Source: a virus. From it: DNA of 64,000 bases. The stretch is taken from IMG/VR virus record IMGVR_UViG_3300045988_125802. One strand, written 5' to 3'. Positions within the stretch are counted from its first letter, which is position 1, and each line of letters opens with the position of its first letter. The notes under the pieces are model-generated. The model saw only the letters and a program-made list of their open reading frames with translations, had not been told where the DNA came from and did no database searches. A program made the position numbers and the translations under genes. Below, one piece after another: positions 7,416-17,278 of this stretch.

Positions 7416-8532
7416 CTTAGCTTTGTCCAAGATAGACAAAGCTAAGTATCTTATCTTAGAACTTATTACTGGGATGGGAAAGACCAAAGTAGCAATAGAC
7501 CTCATTAATCATATATGTGATAGGGTATTCAGAAATGATGAAAGTCCTACTACTATACTTATTCTTGTGGCTAAGACTGTGCATAAGCAGACTTGGAAGG
7601 ATGAGATTGAGAAATGGGGAGGTATCAAGTCTGACTATATTACCATTGAATGCTATGAGTCACTAAAGAACTATGAGAACTCATACTTTGATGTAGTAGT
7701 GGCAGATGAGATGCAGCATTTGTCAGAAGCAAGAATTGATGTATTGGAGACTATCCATATCAATGAGTCTTTCATTGGATTGTCTGCCACTATTAAGAGA
7801 GACATGAGGGATTATTTCATCTACAACCACAAGGCTGAGGTCATTAAGTGTGGTCTCAAGGAAGCTGTAGAAGATGAAGTATTACCTGAGCCTACAGTAT
7901 ATCTACTGCCTTTGACTTTGGACACTACTAATTATACCTATAAGGTTAAGAAGTTTGGTCGTGATATAATCACCACCCAGAAAGGTTGCTATGATAGTAT
8001 CTCTTCACTTATAGAGTGGTACAAGAATAAGTACTTTAATTCAAGAAATGAGAGAATAAAGAACTTATGGCTTTCAACAGCAGGCAAAAGACTGAAGTGG
8101 TGTGCTGAACAGAAGGAAGCCCTTGTACTATCTCTTCTTGACAAGTTCAGGAATTACAAGACTTTGACTTTCTGTAGTAGTATTGAGCAGTCAGAGAGGT
8201 TAGGTAAATACAATATCACCTCGAAGAATAAGGCTTCAGTGAAGAACCTTGAGATGTTTAATCTCAATAAGATTAAACATATTACTGCCTGTAATATACT
8301 CAATGAGGGTGTGAACTTGACTAATTGTAGGATAGGTATATTCTGCAACTTGAATAGTTCGGAGATTGTAGTAAAGCAAAGAGTTGGTAGAATACTTAGA
8401 CACAAATCTCCTATTATCATCATACCTTATTTTAAGGATACAAGGGAAGAGGAACTTGTGCAGAAGATGATAGAGGAGTACTCTGAGGATTCTATCATAA
8501 GTGTTGATAGTATTAATGACATTAAGCTATGA
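7393..8532 (+). CDS. Superfamily 2 (DEAD/DEAH, SNF2-like) helicase
   Basis: Motif I GMGKTKVA, motif II VVADEMQHL (DExH), motif III LSAT, motif VI QRVGRILR. Confidence 0.75.
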   Translation: MTREEVNNLALSKIDKAKYLILELITGMGKTKVAIDLINHICDRVFRNDESPTTILILVAKTVHKQTWKDEIEKWGGIKSDYITIECYESLKNYENSYFDVVVADEMQHLSEARIDVLETIHINESFIGLSATIKRDMRDYFIYNHKAEVIKCGLKEAVEDEVLPEPTVYLLPLTLDTTNYTYKVKKFGRDIITTQKGCYDSISSLIEWYKNKYFNSRNERIKNLWLSTAGKRLKWCAEQKEALVLSLLDKFRNYKTLTFCSSIEQSERLGKYNITSKNKASVKNLEMFNLNKIKHITACNILNEGVNLTNCRIGIFCNLNSSEIVVKQRVGRILRHKSPIIIIPYFKDTREEELVQKMIEEYSEDSIISVDSINDIKL

Positions 8533-9128
8533 CAATTTGTTTAAGTAAAGAAGGATGTCAGAAGAACAACATTAGTCTTGCTGAGGCTCTCTTGATGCTT
8601 GCCATCCATAATAATGCTGACCTTGATACAGCTCAGAAGGAGCTGATTAAGAAGGGCTATATAACTGCTAATAGGGATGACTTATTCCAACAGATTGGAT
8701 GGAGACTTACTAATAAAGGCACTGAGGTAATAGATTCTGTGATTGTGGATTCTGATAAGAAACAGGAACCTAATGACAGGTTAATTCAGTTGGCTACAAG
8801 GCTCAAAGAGATATTTCCTAAAGGCAAAAAAGATGGTACTAACTATTATTGGGCAGATGGAGTAGCTTTGATTGTACGAAGATTAAAGTTATTCTTTAAG
8901 AAGTATGGAAATACTTATACTGATGAGCAAATCATACAGGCAACCAGTAAGTATGTGGAAGGTTTCAATGGAAACTATACATATATGAGGTTATTAAAGT
9001 ATTTCATATTCAAAGAGAAAGTTGGTGCTGCTGGGGAAGTTGAGGGGGATTCGGAGTTGATTAGTTATATTGAGAATGCTGACCAGACAGATAACCTTAA
9101 AAATGATTGGACATCTACATTAAAATGA
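8529..9128 (+). CDS. Hypothetical protein (199 aa)
   Basis: ATGA-coupled to the helicase gene. No motif recognised. Confidence 0.55.
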   Translation: MTICLSKEGCQKNNISLAEALLMLAIHNNADLDTAQKELIKKGYITANRDDLFQQIGWRLTNKGTEVIDSVIVDSDKKQEPNDRLIQLATRLKEIFPKGKKDGTNYYWADGVALIVRRLKLFFKKYGNTYTDEQIIQATSKYVEGFNGNYTYMRLLKYFIFKEKVGAAGEVEGDSELISYIENADQTDNLKNDWTSTLK

Positions 9129-10303
9129 ATACATTAAGAGAAAGAGTAACAAAGAATCTACATGCTAGAAGGCAAAGGATTCTTGATGGACAATTAAATT
9201 GTATTCCATCCCCATTTAAAAGATTTAGTAATGACTTTATAGGTATAGAACAATCCTGTTACTATACTATAACTTCATTCACTAAGGGTGGTAAATCACA
9301 ATTTATGTCATACACCTTTATCTATAAGCCTCTTATGTTCTGTTATTATACAAAGGCAGATATAGATATAAAGATATTGTATTTTCCTCTAGAGGAAACT
9401 CCAGAGAGAATTATGCAGAGATTTATATCTTGGTTGCTGTTTGATTTTAGTCATGGAAGGATAAGAGTAAGTCCAAGAGACTTAAGAAGCACTACCAAGG
9501 CTGTTCCACAAGAAATACTTGATATAATTAATACTGAAGAGGTACAAGATATAATCAGGTACTTTGAAGAACATATAGTATTTCCTGATGAAGCTTGCAA
9601 CCCTACAGGTATATATAAGTGTTGTGTTAGATATGCAGAGGAACATGGTAGTACCTATTATAAGACTGGGCAATATAAAGACGAGTTTGGGGTAATACAA
9701 GAGAGACAAGTATTTGATAGATATGAGCAAGATAATCCTAATGAATATAGATTAATAGTGATAGATACTATTAATCTCATAGATACTGAAAGAGGGATGA
9801 CCCTCAAACAATCTATGGATAAACTCAGCGAATACTGTGCTAAATATTTGAGGAATAGGTATCATTATTCCCCTGTAATAATCCAGCAACAAGCTTTTGA
9901 TCAGGAAGGAAATGAGGCCTTCAAATTGGGTAGGGTAAGACCTTCGGTTGCAGGGTTAGGAGATAGCAAGTATACCTCAAGAGATAGTAATGTAGTACTT
10001 GGTCTATTTTCACCATTCAGATTTGCTATCAAGGACTATGAAGGATATGACATTTCCAGGTTCAGGGATAACATAAGGTTTCTTGAAATGATTGTTAATA
10101 GAGATGGTGAGAGTGGTGGACTATGTCCTCTGTTCTTTGATGGAGCTGTATGCTACTTTAATGAGCTTCCAAGACCTAATGATAAAGATGGGTTATCAGA
10201 AGTATATAGGTACATAGATTCAACAATAAATCAAACTAACAAGACTGCTAAGTCCTTCTTTAGTCATATTAGGAGGAAATTAGGTAAAGGGTTGCATCAG
10301 TAA
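9125..10303 (+). CDS. DnaB/RecA-superfamily replicative helicase-like ATPase
   Basis: Walker A-like TKGGKSQF and Walker B-like RLIVIDTINLI, with DnaB C-terminal-like organisation. I prefer the ATG at 9125 (ATGA overlap) over the track start at 9107. Confidence 0.6.
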   Translation: MNTLRERVTKNLHARRQRILDGQLNCIPSPFKRFSNDFIGIEQSCYYTITSFTKGGKSQFMSYTFIYKPLMFCYYTKADIDIKILYFPLEETPERIMQRFISWLLFDFSHGRIRVSPRDLRSTTKAVPQEILDIINTEEVQDIIRYFEEHIVFPDEACNPTGIYKCCVRYAEEHGSTYYKTGQYKDEFGVIQERQVFDRYEQDNPNEYRLIVIDTINLIDTERGMTLKQSMDKLSEYCAKYLRNRYHYSPVIIQQQAFDQEGNEAFKLGRVRPSVAGLGDSKYTSRDSNVVLGLFSPFRFAIKDYEGYDISRFRDNIRFLEMIVNRDGESGGLCPLFFDGAVCYFNELPRPNDKDGLSEVYRYIDSTINQTNKTAKSFFSHIRRKLGKGLHQ

Positions 10304-10314
10304 GAAATATCTCA

Positions 10315-10322
10315 TAGATTTG
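10315..10322 (+). promoter_or_regulatory. Candidate Bacteroidota-type -7 box (TAgaTTTG)
   Basis: Matches TAnnTTTG, 47 nt upstream of the ATG at 10369, in an intergenic gap. Confidence 0.3.
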
Positions 10323-10368
10323 AAGTCTAATTTAGAAGTAATAATATTATAAATGAGAAGAAAAGAAA

Positions 10369-10669
10369 ATGGCAAATGCAGTGATTCTATTAGGAAAAAG
10401 TGGGACAGGTAAAAGTTCTAGTATCAGGGGTTTAGATCCCAAAGAGACTGTGGTACTAAATGTCCTTGGCAAAAAATTACCATTCAAAGGCAGTAATAAT
10501 TTGTACAGTGAGAAGAATAAGAATCTATTCAGAATAGATGATTATACTCAAGCTATTAACATGTTACAAGGTATAGATAAGAATGCCTCTTATGTTCATA
10601 ACATTATCATAGATGATGCTATCTATATCATGAGAAAGGAATACTTTAAAAGAGCTAAAGAAACTGGAT
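10369..10669 (+). CDS. P-loop ATPase (AAA_24/Sak4-like), exon 1
   Basis: Walker A GKSGTGKS and Walker B-like IIIDDAIY. The frame closes 2 codons after KETG. Exon end ctggaT (10664-10669) can pair with GTTCAG (10683-10688) as a P1 helix with a U-G at the splice site. Confidence 0.6.
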
Positions 10670-11444
10670 TAAATTAGCCATAGTTCAGTATAAATTACTC
10701 AAATTGCTGGGAAGCCCTTAGAGCCTTTAGACTACAAAGTAGCCAGTAATGGCAAGCTTGAATGTTTGAAAACTAAAGGATTGGGTAATCAGCAGCTAAG
10801 GGTGCTATGTTATAGCATCAAAGTTCAACGACTAAAAGGGTAAATGTATGAAGATAAAGAATAAACATCCAAGAGAGTACAGAATTTGGAAAGCAATGAG
10901 AAGTAGATGTAATGCTCCTTGCTTTGATAAAAGCACTTACAGGATAAAGAATATAAAATGTTGCAGAAGATGGGATTCTTTTGCTAATTTTATAGAAGAT
11001 ATGGGTCAATGCCCTGAAGGTTGTAGCATAGATAGAATAGATAATAGTAAAGACTATGAGCCTTCAAATTGTAGGTGGGCAAATAATAAGGTTCAAGCAT
11101 CTAATAGAGGTGATTTTACTCCTTTAATAGAATACAAGGGGGAGAAACATATTCTCAAAGATTGGTGTAGGATTCTCAATAAAAATTATTCTACCATGAG
11201 GAAGAGAATGTATAGACTGAACATGTCTTTTGAAGATGCTTTGATTTACGTAGACCCTAGAGATAAACTTATTCTGTGGGAGGGGAAATATTATACAAGA
11301 CAGGAACTATGTGCACTGTATAATATACCTTTACAAAACTTTTATGATAGAAGTCATAAGGGTTGGTCTCTTGAGAGGATACTTAAAACACCTATACATA
11401 CATAAGATATAGTCTATTCCTTTATGAAAGTAAAGGTAGTTAAG
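10670..11444 (+). mobile_element. Group I intron with internal HNH endonuclease ORF (boundaries approximate; 3' end 11444 or 11447)
   Basis: R-like element AAGTTCAACGACTA (about 10818-10831). S-like element AAGATATAGTCT (11404-11415). P1 pairing as above. The downstream exon frame opens at 11444. Confidence 0.65.
10848..11405 (+). CDS. HNH homing endonuclease (intron-encoded)
   Basis: YRIWKAMRSRC... N-terminal module followed by IDRIDNSKDYEPSNCRWANNKVQASNR, an HNH-type motif. Located between the intron R and S elements. Confidence 0.7.
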   Translation: MKIKNKHPREYRIWKAMRSRCNAPCFDKSTYRIKNIKCCRRWDSFANFIEDMGQCPEGCSIDRIDNSKDYEPSNCRWANNKVQASNRGDFTPLIEYKGEKHILKDWCRILNKNYSTMRKRMYRLNMSFEDALIYVDPRDKLILWEGKYYTRQELCALYNIPLQNFYDRSHKGWSLERILKTPIHT

Positions 11445-11824
11445 ATGGCAAATATACAGAATTAGCTATGCACTTTCAACAAATCATATCTACTATTGAG
11501 AGCATGAGAGATGATGTAAATGTATTCTTAATCCTTCATAGTGAAGATGTTCAAAGTGATAAAACCACTATAGGATATAAAGTAAGCACTGTTGGACATT
11601 TGATTGATAATCAATATAATCCTGTGGAAGTAGTTCCTATGGTACTATATTCCTCTATCAAATATGATGATAAAGGGATAGCCACTTATGGATTTTATAC
11701 TCACAGATTTATGGATGGTGTGGTAGAAATACCTGCTAAATCTCCTGCAGATATGTTCACTGAAGATTTTATTCCCAATGACCTTGGAATAGTAGTTAAA
11801 GCTATGAAGGAATATTATGGATAG
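11445..11824 (+). CDS. P-loop ATPase (AAA_24/Sak4-like), exon 2
   Basis: The frame is open from 11444 (..GKYTELAMHFQQII..), continuing the ATPase fold (VFLILHSED = sensor-type strand). The track starts it at M 11468. Confidence 0.55.
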
Positions 11825-12089
11825 ACAAACAGTAGTAGAGGTAAGTAATATTTTGAATCAAGGAAAAATCCCCAACAATTCTCTGCAAATTATAGTTGAG
11901 TATTGCAGAGAGAAAGGTAAACAGGAAGATGCTATACCTGCCTTTATATCAGTAATTTCTACGGAAAATATGTTAATCAGGAAGTGTCTGGAAGGGGCTA
12001 TGGATTATTATAAGACAAAATTCAAAGTGTGCGAGTTATATAGTGCTCCCAATAGTTTAGGGATCCGAAACTTATTATTAATATATTAA
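11817..12089 (+). CDS. Hypothetical protein (90 aa)
   Basis: Overlaps the previous stop (ATGGATAG). No motif recognised. Confidence 0.5.
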   Translation: MDRQTVVEVSNILNQGKIPNNSLQIIVEYCREKGKQEDAIPAFISVISTENMLIRKCLEGAMDYYKTKFKVCELYSAPNSLGIRNLLLIY

Positions 12090-12103
12090 AAACAAAGAGA
12101 AGT

Positions 12104-12544
12104 ATGAACAAAGTATTGTCAATAAGACAGTTTGCATCAGTAAAAAGGATTGCAATGAATGTAAATCCTCTGGTGGTTAAAAAGAATAAGGTCGCTGCCA
12201 GGATTAATGAACTTAATGCAGAGTATAATGCTCTGACTGAGGAAATTGAAGGACATGAGATGGGCATCAAAGCCCTTACTGGCGGTTATACCAGTGAAGA
12301 TTTGGTTACTAAGAGAGTAGAAGATACTGGTAAGGTAGACAAGGAGGGCAAACCTATCAAGAAAACTACTTATGAACCTAAAGAGGGAGTAGTTATCTTC
12401 AATGAACAGGCTAATGTATATGAGATTCATATAGAAGAGCCTAAACTTGAATATAGAATTATCGAAGTAGGTAATACCGAAAAAGTTCCTGAAGTAGAGG
12501 TAAAAACAGGAATAGATACCTCCATAGATCCTTTTAATGAGTAG
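12104..12544 (+). CDS. Hypothetical protein (146 aa)
   Basis: ORF. The antisense ORF 12137..12556 is judged a shadow. Confidence 0.55.
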   Translation: MNKVLSIRQFASVKRIAMNVNPLVVKKNKVAARINELNAEYNALTEEIEGHEMGIKALTGGYTSEDLVTKRVEDTGKVDKEGKPIKKTTYEPKEGVVIFNEQANVYEIHIEEPKLEYRIIEVGNTEKVPEVEVKTGIDTSIDPFNE

Positions 12545-12612
12545 TAAACTATACATGAGAGATAATAAAGAAGATTTGAAAGTATAAAAAACAGCTTATA
12601 AAAACAATAATT

Positions 12613-13557
12613 ATGTATAAGAAGAAAACAGGTTCCACTTTTATGGCTTTTAGTAAAGGTACAGAAAGCAAAGAGGGTAATGAAATTGTAAGATATACAG
12701 GTGTTGCTCCTGTGTTTGTATTGGCTGTGAACCCTAGCAAAGAAGAATTGGAGAAATTATATAATACACAACTTGAGAATGCTCCTGAATACCTCGGAGA
12801 GATTGAAGTAGGTGAAGATAAACATAAAGTGAAAAATGTCAGGCTTGATTTTATTGTCAAAACCGATGCTGAAAAGTGTAATGGTATTGAGTTTGTTACT
12901 AAAGTAGCTTTCTTCATTAGAAATGAATATAGGTATAATAAAGATCGAACCAAAGTACAGGTAATTGACAAGTATGGTAGAACTGCTTGGGTTACTATTG
13001 AACAGGCTAAAGCACATGAGATCCCTATGTATAAAAATGGTCCAGCTAATCTTGATAAAGACTATAGACCTGCTTATCATGGTGAGGAAGAGCTTACTGG
13101 ATTTATAAAGGCATATCTCAACATTCCTAATGTAATGAAGTATGTCAATAATACTTGGGTTATGGTAGACAAACCTGAGGATTGTGAAGCAAGACTTGAG
13201 AGCATTGCTGAGTACTTCAAGGGTAATTTCAAGGAGCTGAGAGATGTTATTGCATTGCAGCCTAATAACAAGGTTAAAGTATTGTTTGGTGTAAGAACCA
13301 CTGATGATAACAAGCAGTATCAGGCTGTTTATAATCAGATGTTCTTGAAGAACAATATCACTGACTACAGTAAGTTGGATGCAGACTTGCAGGAAAGAAA
13401 GGCTGCTGGTGCATATCCTACTACTGAGTTTACTGTGGGTGACTTGAAGGAGTATGATGTAGAATCTACTGACCTTAGTAACTCTGGTGCAGCAGGTGAT
13501 ATGCCTTTCCCTGCTGGTGATACTGCTGGTGGTACACCTTGGGATTTTGGTAAGTAA
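12613..13557 (+). CDS. Hypothetical protein; possible ssDNA-binding protein
   Basis: Position between the ATPase and the primase. Flexible acidic/Gly-rich C-terminal tail containing DMPF, reminiscent of SSB C-terminal D-I-P-F tips. Weak evidence only. Confidence 0.35.
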   Translation: MYKKKTGSTFMAFSKGTESKEGNEIVRYTGVAPVFVLAVNPSKEELEKLYNTQLENAPEYLGEIEVGEDKHKVKNVRLDFIVKTDAEKCNGIEFVTKVAFFIRNEYRYNKDRTKVQVIDKYGRTAWVTIEQAKAHEIPMYKNGPANLDKDYRPAYHGEEELTGFIKAYLNIPNVMKYVNNTWVMVDKPEDCEARLESIAEYFKGNFKELRDVIALQPNNKVKVLFGVRTTDDNKQYQAVYNQMFLKNNITDYSKLDADLQERKAAGAYPTTEFTVGDLKEYDVESTDLSNSGAAGDMPFPAGDTAGGTPWDFGK

Positions 13558-13581
13558 GTAGTAATTTCTAAAAAAAAAGCA

Positions 13582-14622
13582 ATGGCAATCAGCAAAGGTA
13601 AATCTTCTGTGAGCCTTGATGATATTCTAAGTAAAGTGACAGAAGCAGACATTTTGTCATATTACTTAGGAGTCACAGAGGTTCCTTGTATTATAAATAG
13701 TCCTCTTAGACAGGACAGGAGACCTTCTTTTGGTCTTTATTCTACTGATGGTAGAAGAATATTTTACACAGATTTATCCACGAGGGATAGAGGAGGTCTG
13801 TTTGACCTGCTTGGTCATATGTGGAACTGTGGTTATAAGGAAGTTCTAACAAGGGTTAATGAGGACATTTCAAAGTTCTGTGGTGGTGCCAATATTCATT
13901 CATATACTCCTTGTGCTGTAAGAAGTACAAATAGTTACAACAAAGATACAGACTTGCAGTGCAAAGTCAGAGATTGGAGGAGTTATGATATTGAATACTG
14001 GGCATCCTATGGTATAACTTTAGAATGGCTCAAGTATGCAGAGGTTTATCCCATATCTCATAAGATTGTCATAAAGGATGGTCATAGATATGTGTTTGGA
14101 GCTGATAAGTATGCCTATGCTTATGTAGAACACAAGGAAGGTAAAGTTACTCTAAAGATATACCAGCCTTTTAATAAAGCTGGTTATAAGTGGAGTAACA
14201 AGCATGACAATTCTGTAGTAAGCCTATGGACTAAAGTACCTGAATATGGGGAACAGATTTGCATCTGTTCTTCACTGAAAGATGCTTTATGTCTATGGGC
14301 TAATACAGGTATTCCATCTCTTGCCATTCAAGGCGAGGGATATAGGATGAGTGATACTGCAATTAGTGAACTGAAAAGAAGATACAAACAAGTCTTCATT
14401 TGCTTGGATAATGATGAGCCAGGATTGAAAGATGCTCAGAAGTTAGCTGAGGAAACAGGATTTACTAATGTAGTATTACCACCCTTTAATGAAGGGAAAG
14501 ATATTTCAGACTTGTATAAGGCTAAGGGCAAAGATGAGTTCCTTAGAATAATCAAGCCTTTATTCAACTCTTCAAGACAAGAGGACAATGATTGGAATGA
14601 TTTGCCCTTTTGTATAGATTAA
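13582..14622 (+). CDS. DnaG-like primase (TOPRIM domain)
   Basis: SPLRQDRRPSFGLY resembles the primase zinc-binding-domain region (CPFHxEKTPSF) without the cysteines. TOPRIM DxD motif in VFICLDNDEPGLKDAQKLAEE. Confidence 0.6.
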   Translation: MAISKGKSSVSLDDILSKVTEADILSYYLGVTEVPCIINSPLRQDRRPSFGLYSTDGRRIFYTDLSTRDRGGLFDLLGHMWNCGYKEVLTRVNEDISKFCGGANIHSYTPCAVRSTNSYNKDTDLQCKVRDWRSYDIEYWASYGITLEWLKYAEVYPISHKIVIKDGHRYVFGADKYAYAYVEHKEGKVTLKIYQPFNKAGYKWSNKHDNSVVSLWTKVPEYGEQICICSSLKDALCLWANTGIPSLAIQGEGYRMSDTAISELKRRYKQVFICLDNDEPGLKDAQKLAEETGFTNVVLPPFNEGKDISDLYKAKGKDEFLRIIKPLFNSSRQEDNDWNDLPFCID

Positions 14623-14663
14623 AGTTTCAATAAGTCCAATTTATAAAAAAAAAAAGTGAAAAC

Positions 14664-15371
14664 ATGGAAGCAAGAAAAATTACAGTCGTACAGACTAAGA
14701 ATCAGAAAAAGAGTGTTATCATGTCAGCAGCCACGACCCTTGCTGAGTTGAAAAGTGACCTGAGAGCCAATGGTATTGACTATAATGGTATGACCTTCTT
14801 TGAGGGTACATCAAAGGTTGAATTGAAGAATGATGCTTCAGTTCTGCCACATGATGTTCCTTACAAGGGCACTATCACAAATGAGTTGGTTTTCATGCTT
14901 ACTAATACCAACAAGAAAATCAGAAGTGGTGCTGTTGCAATGAGTAGAGCTGAGGCATACAATGCTATCAAATCTATGGGTTTGCAGGATGCTTGTGTAA
15001 AGAAGTTTGGCAAAAACTTCACTATGTGTAAGACTGCTGACCTTATTGCATTGGTACAGAGTAATGGTGCTTCAAAGCCTGCTCCTGCTGCTCCTAAAGC
15101 TGAAGCTAAGGCTGAGACTAAGAAGGAGGGAAAGGTAGAAGCACCTGTAAGTAATGGTGGTGAGTGTGTTGATACTGTAGCAAGAGCTGCTATCAGCAAG
15201 TTGGTGGAAATTCTTGAGGACAATGGCACAATTGAAGATTATGAGAAAGAGAAAGTGCTTGATATTCTTGGGGGTGCAGTAGAAGTTGCACCATCTGAGG
15301 AATATAAGCCTAAGTCAGCTTCTCCTTACTCTGATGATGAGATTGATGATATGTTTAATTTTGTAAACTAA
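14664..15371 (+). CDS. Hypothetical protein (235 aa) with an Ala/Lys/Pro-rich linker and acidic C-terminus
   Basis: ORF preceded by an A11 tract. Low-complexity stretch KPAPAAPKAEAKAETKKEGK. Confidence 0.6.
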   Translation: MEARKITVVQTKNQKKSVIMSAATTLAELKSDLRANGIDYNGMTFFEGTSKVELKNDASVLPHDVPYKGTITNELVFMLTNTNKKIRSGAVAMSRAEAYNAIKSMGLQDACVKKFGKNFTMCKTADLIALVQSNGASKPAPAAPKAEAKAETKKEGKVEAPVSNGGECVDTVARAAISKLVEILEDNGTIEDYEKEKVLDILGGAVEVAPSEEYKPKSASPYSDDEIDDMFNFVN

Positions 15372-15376
15372 ATTAT

Positions 15377-15916
15377 ATGGTTGAAATATGGAGACCTATA
15401 CAAGGATATGAAGGGTTATATGAAGTTTCTAATTTAGGGAATGTGAAATCTCTAAGTAGGAATGCTTTACTAAGCAAGCACAAGAATAACAGAGGATATT
15501 TATCTGTAAGCTTATACAAGGAAAATGTAGGAAAACATTATCTTGTACATAGACTTGTAGCACAGGCTTTTATTAATAATCCTTTCAACTTACCTTATGT
15601 AAATCATAAAGATGAGAACCCTATTAATAATGTTGTAAGCAATCTTGAGTGGTGTAGTCAAAGTTACAATGTAAATTATGGGAGTGCTCAAGAAAGACTC
15701 TCTTCAAAGAAAATTAGTAAAAAGAGAGGACTAAAAATAGCACAATATAGGGCAAGTATTCTTGTAAAGACTTATAACTCAGCTTCTCAAATACAAAGAG
15801 AGTTAGGATATAATACTGCTCCAATACTTAATTGTTGTAGAGGAGGATATTATAGAGGAGGTAAGTGGGTCTCAGTATCTCAATCTTATGGCTTTGTTTG
15901 GAAATTTGCAGAATAA
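15377..15916 (+). CDS. HNH homing endonuclease with NUMOD4-like N-terminus (free-standing)
   Basis: EIWRPIQGYEGLYEVSNLGNVKS (NUMOD4-like). HRLVAQAF...VNHKDENPINNVVSNLEW (HNH_3-type). Paralogous to the ORFs at 24596, 27600 and 47364. Confidence 0.8.
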   Translation: MVEIWRPIQGYEGLYEVSNLGNVKSLSRNALLSKHKNNRGYLSVSLYKENVGKHYLVHRLVAQAFINNPFNLPYVNHKDENPINNVVSNLEWCSQSYNVNYGSAQERLSSKKISKKRGLKIAQYRASILVKTYNSASQIQRELGYNTAPILNCCRGGYYRGGKWVSVSQSYGFVWKFAE

Positions 15917-15920
15917 TATA

Positions 15921-15966
15921 GTAGGTGAGGAGATTAGAAATGCCCCCTTACCTACTTTTTTTTTTA
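15921..15966 (+). terminator. Rho-independent terminator
   Basis: GTAGGTGAGG (15921-15930) pairs with CCTTACCTAC (15946-15955), followed by a T-run of about 11 nt. Confidence 0.6.
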
Positions 15967-15973
15967 CAGTAAT

Positions 15974-17278
15974 ATGAGTGGAGAAACAATTAAATTAATT
16001 GAGGAGAAGATAGAAGAACTATATAACTCCTTGATGGACAGACCACTCCGAGTATTAAGCATATTCAATGACTTTTTTGGAGAGGATAAAGTTGATATGC
16101 AAGGATATTGGAGTTTGGACAAGTTCAAATCTTGGATGAATATAGAGCCTTTATCTACTTATATTCCTGATGGTAATATTGTAAGCATGAACAGGAATGA
16201 CTGGAGCATGTATAAAACATGGGCTATTACTGATTTACCTGGAGACCAGGTAGAAAAGGTTGTAAATGTGCTTACAAGTACTACAGTAAAGGAAAGAATT
16301 GGTAATGCTAAGTTCAATGGCATATTCATTCTTGTACATTTTCCTCATATAAGAGTAACTAATGAGCATGACAGATTTGTGGATATTAACCATCTGTGGG
16401 CTAAGGTAAAAGTAATGTATAATGGCACATTGAATGGTGGATTTACACTTAACAGGTCAGAATATACTATGCTTCACATTAGCAGTGGATATATGCACAG
16501 TCATATCGATAGTATTCCTACAAGTGACTTTACCAGTTTTCAGAATCCTTGCACAGGCAATGGTCCCATCAATGGTACTATTAGTGCCCTCAATAGGGAT
16601 TATGATGAGGATATATGGAATATGTTTTGTCTTGAGCTAAGTAAGTATGTAACTGTAGAATCCATTGCTGGCAGACCTTATAAATATCTGGAAAAGTTAG
16701 GTACTAATAACATGGAGATGGGTGTAGATAGGTTTGTTACATATCTATCACCAGGCTACTACTATGGGGGTGCTCTTAGTTCTGATAAGTTGAAGGAGTT
16801 TGTAAGAGGCTTTATCAATTCAAAGAAACTTAAATTCAATTATGTAAATGGCTCTTATTCTATTGGTATGTCACTTATTGAGTTTATTGTACTTATTAGC
16901 AATGAATTTATTAAGTGGTATAATGACCAGTTTAATAAAGAGGAACTAACTGCCAAGTTTGCAGAATTGAAGAGGAAAGGTACCTTGAAAGAATGTATCA
17001 TAGATAATGGGAAGATTTACTATGATAAAGGTAGGAACAATGTAAATACCTATGCCCAATATATAGGCAAGAAGGTTTGCATGTTCAAGGGAAGAGAGGT
17101 TACTGTTGATATTACAGATATTGCTGAGGTAAGGAATGAGAATAAGAGTATAATTCTTAATATTCGTACCGCACTATACATATTAGCAACAATACTTAAA
17201 GTGTTAAATTATAGATATGGAAGAAGTAAAGCAACCCACGAAAGTAATCAGCTTGGTACAGAAGTCAGGTACTTATAA
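15974..17278 (+). CDS. Hypothetical protein (434 aa), first gene of the JAB/E1 cluster
   Basis: Long ORF. Its last 62 nt overlap the JAB ORF in another frame. Contains a GYMHSH...NPCTGNGP segment of unknown significance. Confidence 0.6.
   Translation: MSGETIKLIEEKIEELYNSLMDRPLRVLSIFNDFFGEDKVDMQGYWSLDKFKSWMNIEPLSTYIPDGNIVSMNRNDWSMYKTWAITDLPGDQVEKVVNVLTSTTVKERIGNAKFNGIFILVHFPHIRVTNEHDRFVDINHLWAKVKVMYNGTLNGGFTLNRSEYTMLHISSGYMHSHIDSIPTSDFTSFQNPCTGNGPINGTISALNRDYDEDIWNMFCLELSKYVTVESIAGRPYKYLEKLGTNNMEMGVDRFVTYLSPGYYYGGALSSDKLKEFVRGFINSKKLKFNYVNGSYSIGMSLIEFIVLISNEFIKWYNDQFNKEELTAKFAELKRKGTLKECIIDNGKIYYDKGRNNVNTYAQYIGKKVCMFKGREVTVDITDIAEVRNENKSIILNIRTALYILATILKVLNYRYGRSKATHESNQLGTEVRYL

Noticed and set aside
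5596-12544. Genome-wide TAG (amber) stop-codon reassignment, as reported for some crAss-like lineages
   Set aside because: TAG terminates several well-delimited genes with the next gene starting immediately (6585-6587; 11822-11824; 12542-12544; 22041-22043). The giant late ORFs are intact under the standard code. No tRNA with a CTA anticodon could be folded. Only the isolated case at 5596 is kept as a finding.
17217-17278. The 62-nt overlap between ORF 15974-17278 and the JAB ORF as a programmed frameshift site
   Set aside because: No slippery heptamer (X XXY YYZ) or homopolymer is visible in the overlap, and the JAB ORF has its own ATG with a plausible N-terminus. It is treated as a simple overlap or an uncertain stop/start choice.
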